Assembly: GCA_963773105.1 (NCBI GenBank)
Contig: CAVZAA010000003.1
Coordinates: forward strand, 1,040,161 to 1,104,160
Source: an uncultured Actinomycetota bacterium
Lineage (GTDB): Bacteria; Actinomycetota; Actinomycetes; Streptosporangiales; Streptosporangiaceae
Length of the DNA: 64,000 nucleotides
Direction of reading: 5' to 3'
The position numbers and the translations under genes were made by a program. The notes under the pieces were generated by a model. The model did no database searches. It saw only the letters and a list, made by a program, of their open reading frames with translations, and was not told where the DNA came from. Positions 60,084-64,000 of this stretch are shown piece by piece; position 1 is the first letter of the stretch; each line of letters opens with the position of its first letter.

Positions 60084-61511
60084 TTAGGGCAGGCGCCCGG
60101 CCGCGGCGGTCGCGCGGCGGGCGCCTGCTGGATTTTCCGCCCCCGGCCAGGCGGCCGGTGCGCGGATCAGCAGCATCGCCGCGTCATCGTGCGGCCGCGC
60201 GCCGACGTGCCTCAGCAGGTCGTCGCGGACCAGGTCGAGCAGGCTGGGACCGCTGTGGGCGAGCTGCCTGGCCGCCGCGCGCGGGGATTTCGGCGTCTTG
60301 GCAGGCTTCGGCAGCGCCTGCGAGGCGAGGGCGGCTACCCGCTCGTCGAGCGGGTAGAACTGCCGGTTCGCGTCGCGCGCCTCGGTGACGCCGTCGGTGT
60401 ACAGCAGCAGCTGATCGTTCGGCTCGAAGGCGTAGGTCTGCTTGGCGCCTGAATCGTTGCCCAGCGTGATCAGGCCGAGCGGGGGCGCGGGGGCCCGCAC
60501 CTCGAGCACGGTGACCTCGCCCGTCGCGGAGACCAGGATGGGCGGCGGGTGACCGCAGTTGAGTATCGTCAGCCTGCCCCGCTCCGGGTCGACCTGCGCC
60601 AGCAGGGCGGTGACGAACTCCTCGTGCTTGCCCCAGCGCCGGGTCAGCCCGGCGTCGAGCCGGTAGGCCACCTCGTCGAGGGTGTGCACGCTGTGCGCGA
60701 GCTCGCGGAACCGACCGATGATGTCGGCCGCGACCTCGACCGCCTCGAGCCCCTTGCCGCGCACGTCGCCGATGATCATGCGAATCCCGTGCTCGCTGGT
60801 GCCCACGACCTCGTAGAGGTCGCCGCCCACCCTCGCCTCGGCGGCGGCCGCGAGGTACACGACGCCGATCGTCAGCGGGCCGAGGGTGTCGGGGAGCTGC
60901 CTGAGCACGGCGCGCTGGGCGGCCTCGGCGACCGAGGTGACGTTGACGATCTGCAGCGCCTGCTGCGCCTGCTGGGTCGTCTTGTGCTCGGCCCCGACCT
61001 TGGTTCCAAGCAGGCTGAGCACGGTGGCCGCGACGACCGCGCCGATGGCCGCCAGCGCGAGCTGGTGCGCGCCGCTGGTGACGGTGACGCCGCCCTTCAG
61101 CAGCGCATCGACGATGACGCCGGCCGCCAGGGCGGCGGCGCCGTAGGCGAGCGGCCGCCAGATCGTGGTCGCGCCCACGCCGGCCAGGGCGGGCGGGACG
61201 GCCAGGAGAGGAGCCAGCTCAAGCGGCGCGGTCCAGGCCCCCGCCAGGCACACGGCGGCGGCGGCGACGGCGGCCGCGACGACCGCCACCTCGAGCCAGC
61301 GCGCTCGCCATGCCCGCCGTCGCGCTGCCGCGGTCGCGGTGGCGGTCATGTCCGCGGTGGCGGCCGCGTTCGGGGTCGCGTTCGGGGTGGCGGCCGCGTT
61401 CGGGGTCGCGGTTGCGCTCGCGGTCGCGGTTGCGGTCGCGGTGCCGCGGGCCGGCGTCTGCGCGGCCTGCGTCTGCGCCTGAGTCTGCGTTGCGGTCGGT
61501 TCCGTGGCCAT
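60084..61511 (-). CDS. membrane-anchored PP2C/SpoIIE family phosphatase
   Basis: VGGDLY, IGDVRGKG, NCGHPPP, YTDGV.E, HDD; TM segments and Thr/Ala tandem-repeat N-terminus. Confidence 0.92.
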   Translation of the reverse strand: MATEPTATQTQAQTQAAQTPARGTATATATASATATPNAAATPNATPNAAATADMTATATAAARRRAWRARWLEVAVVAAAVAAAAVCLAGAWTAPLELAPLLAVPPALAGVGATTIWRPLAYGAAALAAGVIVDALLKGGVTVTSGAHQLALAAIGAVVAATVLSLLGTKVGAEHKTTQQAQQALQIVNVTSVAEAAQRAVLRQLPDTLGPLTIGVVYLAAAAEARVGGDLYEVVGTSEHGIRMIIGDVRGKGLEAVEVAADIIGRFRELAHSVHTLDEVAYRLDAGLTRRWGKHEEFVTALLAQVDPERGRLTILNCGHPPPILVSATGEVTVLEVRAPAPPLGLITLGNDSGAKQTYAFEPNDQLLLYTDGVTEARDANRQFYPLDERVAALASQALPKPAKTPKSPRAAARQLAHSGPSLLDLVRDDLLRHVGARPHDDAAMLLIRAPAAWPGAENPAGARRATAAAGRLP

Positions 61512-61975
61512 AGTCACCTCATATCGCATGATCGACCGGAATGACCATACGTGGGCGGACCGGGTTCGCGACATGCTTTACCCGTGTTTCTCCAGTGGAG
61601 AGCGGTGTTTGGGGTGGCCTGGAGCGCGGGCGGTTGGGAGCTGGCGAGTGCGGTCGGCCGCTTCTTGCTGTTATCCAGCGGGGTTGAGGGGTGAGCCATT
61701 ATTGTTTCATGAGCAAGGGGGCCATCACGCCGTTGCATCCGTTGAATGTTCACAGCCCGCAGGACATGGGGATAGGGGCCAGGAACGCGGCCGGACGCCG
61801 GGCGGCCGACCCGACCGTGTACGACATCGACGCGATCATCAATCCCGCCTCGACCGTGCGGGCGAGGCTCGCGGCATGGACGGGACGCTGTTCACGGTGG
61901 CGCTGGCCGGCCAGCGCAACCCATGCCGTTAACGCACGCGACAGCGCGTCTAGGGCCGCCGAGACTCCGGATCGC

Positions 61976-62803
61976 TCAGGACTTGCCTGACTCGTAGACC
62001 TCGGTGAATAGGTCGCCTTGGGCGGCCCCGGCGCCGGACTTGCCGCCACCCCGGCCGCGCAGGATGAATGCGATGAGGACGGCGATGGCGGCGCCGGCGA
62101 TCGGACCCGCGATGTAGACCCAGTAGCTGGTGAAGTGGGCGCTGGCCAGGTCGGGACCGAAGGTGCGGGCCGGGTTCATCGAGGCGCCCGAGATTGGGCT
62201 GCCCCACAGGCCGGCCAGGGCGATGTAGCCGCCGATCCCCAAGGCGCCGATGACGCCGATGTTCTGGGCCCCTGAGGCGGTGCCCAGGATCACGCTGACC
62301 AGGCCCGTGGTCAAGATGAGCTCCATCCAGAACGCGGCCCCGGCGGAGTAGCCTTTGGCGGGATAGTTGGACCCGTAGCTGGCCGAGACGTTGATGATGG
62401 CGTGCAGGATCAGGGCTGCGATCGTGGCTCCGGCCAGTTGCGCCACGATGTAGCCGGGGACGCGTCGCCACGGGAAGTCGCGGCGCAGGGCGAAGGCGAT
62501 GCTGACGGCCGGGTTCAGGTGCGCGCCGGAGATCCTGCCCATGAACAAGATGACGGCCATGACGGTCAGGGCGGGGGCCACGACGGCGGCGCCGTGGCTG
62601 ATCACGCCGGGGAAGGCGTGGCTCATCATGCCCCCGCCGGCGGCCGCGAGCACCAGGAAGAAGGTGCCGAGCACTTCGGAGAACAGACGCCGCCACTCCT
62701 GCCGCGGGTCGTTGAAGTCGGTGATCCGGTCGGTCAGGTTCTTCTCGTAGCGGGCGAGCGGGCCAAGCGGGCTCGACGTGGGTACGGGCTGCTCTGCGGT
62801 CAT
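61976..62803 (-). CDS. MIP family channel (aquaporin)
   Basis: SGAHLNPA and GASMNPAR NPA motifs; 6 TM helices. Confidence 0.93.
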   Translation of the reverse strand: MTAEQPVPTSSPLGPLARYEKNLTDRITDFNDPRQEWRRLFSEVLGTFFLVLAAAGGGMMSHAFPGVISHGAAVVAPALTVMAVILFMGRISGAHLNPAVSIAFALRRDFPWRRVPGYIVAQLAGATIAALILHAIINVSASYGSNYPAKGYSAGAAFWMELILTTGLVSVILGTASGAQNIGVIGALGIGGYIALAGLWGSPISGASMNPARTFGPDLASAHFTSYWVYIAGPIAGAAIAVLIAFILRGRGGGKSGAGAAQGDLFTEVYESGKS

Positions 62804-62819
62804 TGTTGCCTCCCCCCAA

Positions 62820-63497
62820 TCAGGACAGTCGGACCAGGCCGCTTACCGTCAGGTAGGCGCCCAGGAGCAGGGCGATGGTGACCATGAGCTGCTTGGTGTG
62901 GCTCAGCAGCCAGACCTGGCTGCGCTTGAGCCGCGCCTTGGTGGCCTCGGGCCGCAGTTCCAGGAACGCGAACGGGATGATGATCAGCAAGAAGGCGATG
63001 ATGACGAAGACGAAGACGGCGATGACCCGGGTTGCGGTGGAGTAATTCCCGGCGACCAGGTTGTGCAGGGCGGTCAGGTAGCTCACGCCCGGGATGCCGA
63101 TCACCGCGCCGACGAAGACGGCGAGCCCGAGCCGGGGCTCGGCCAGCAGTCGCTGCGCCAAGTTGTCCTTCTTCTCCGGCTGCCCGTCCCCGACCGGGGC
63201 CGGTGCCTTGCGCCGACCGTGCAGGCGGCCGGTGGCGACCAGCGCGCCGGCGGCGAGCAGGAGCAGGCCGAGGGCCAGGTCGACGCCCGCGCTGACCGAG
63301 CCCTGGTGGTTGATGGCCTCGAGGTGGAAGACGAGCACGTCAAGCAGTCCGATCGTCACGCCCACGGTGAGGCCGCCGACTAGCAGCCACAAGAACATCG
63401 CCCGCGGCCGCCGGTTCTCGATCAGGAGCAGATCCAGGGCGAGCAGTTTCGGGTTCAGCCCCGCGAGGAACGCCAGCCCGAAGAACTCGGCGTTCAT
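62820..63497 (-). CDS. GAP (Gap/Sap) family membrane protein
   Basis: LAGLNP.LL...RPR N-terminus and 6 TM helices typical of the family. Confidence 0.7.
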   Translation of the reverse strand: MNAEFFGLAFLAGLNPKLLALDLLLIENRRPRAMFLWLLVGGLTVGVTIGLLDVLVFHLEAINHQGSVSAGVDLALGLLLLAAGALVATGRLHGRRKAPAPVGDGQPEKKDNLAQRLLAEPRLGLAVFVGAVIGIPGVSYLTALHNLVAGNYSTATRVIAVFVFVIIAFLLIIIPFAFLELRPEATKARLKRSQVWLLSHTKQLMVTIALLLGAYLTVSGLVRLS

Positions 63498-63793
63498 ACC
63501 CGGTCGGCCGGCATCCGTGCTCCTCCCATGACGACGGCGGGTGCCGACTGGTGGTACTGCCCAACATGCGCTCTATAGGCGGCAATGCCGTCCGCGACCA
63601 AGTACGGGCCGCGGACCTGCCGAAGCTCGGGCGAGACCTCGGAGTAGTCGAAGTCGGGATGGTCGCCGCAGTCGCAGCAGACGATCTCGAACGCGTCGGT
63701 ATAGCCGCCTTCCGGCCGGCCCTCCACCATGCGGGCCGGCTGGCGGCGGAGAACCACCGTCCAGCCGTGCCCGGGCTGATCCTGGGGCGCCAT
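63494..63793 (-). CDS. small hypothetical protein with CxxC
   Basis: EIVCCDCGDHP..DY.EV..EL...RGPY...G.AAY..H; ATGA overlap with the GAP gene. Confidence 0.6.
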   Translation of the reverse strand: MAPQDQPGHGWTVVLRRQPARMVEGRPEGGYTDAFEIVCCDCGDHPDFDYSEVSPELRQVRGPYLVADGIAAYRAHVGQYHQSAPAVVMGGARMPADRV

Positions 63794-63982
63794 CCGTCGA
63801 TCCCACCTCGCGCGGCCCGCAGAAGCATCATCCCAACGGGGTGAAAGCCGATGACATGTTCACCTCACTGGGGTGATGCCGTTACCTTGCGTTCATGCTT
63901 TTCTTGGGTGAGCACCGGGGAGGCGCCCGCGGTGCATGACCGGCTGCCAGTCGCACACCGCGGCAGCCCAGGAGGAGTGTCC

Positions 63983-64000
63983 ATGACGGCGACAACCGAG
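63983..64000 (+). CDS. 5' start of a gene truncated by the window edge
   Basis: AGGAGGAG RBS followed by ATG at 63983. Confidence 0.4.

Noticed and set aside
61691-61990. Possible small gene or fragment between the PP2C and aquaporin genes
   Set aside because: No recognisable motif or RBS and competing frames; cannot be supported

Overview
Very GC-rich chromosomal segment of an actinomycete. Gene content and the GlnA2 insert WGGAERTAGAGGEAP suggest a Streptosporangiales/Streptomycetales-like organism (inference). The backbone is the conserved actinobacterial block pepA-lpdA-sucB(dlaT)-TIGR01777-lipB-lipA-DUF4191-RDD-glnA ... glnE-glnA2, with GlnR-type boxes upstream of both glutamine synthetase genes. 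Other genes include lnt, a form-II-type CoxL/S/M molybdenum hydroxylase, two ABC systems, regulators, hydrolases and secreted proteins. I saw no rRNA, tRNA, CRISPR-cas, integrase or transposase. The most unusual items are three. (1) A chromosomal MOB-C-like module at 6.5-10.5 kb: a Replic_Relax/PD-(D/E)XK relaxase-like gene with Thr at the motif's catalytic Tyr position, an oriT-like direct/inverted repeat array, a VirD4/TraD-like coupling ATPase and a translationally coupled J-domain membrane protein, with no T4SS or integrase. (2) An AT-rich non-palindromic motif (GCTTC)TTGCTGTTATC found 8 times, always on the + strand; 3 copies cluster around the relaxase gene. (3) Two further REP/MITE-like repeat families that co-locate with that motif, one of which sits inside glnE and in the 3' end of lipA. 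Functional links among these items are hypotheses. All coordinates and alignments were read by eye, and no database searches were run.
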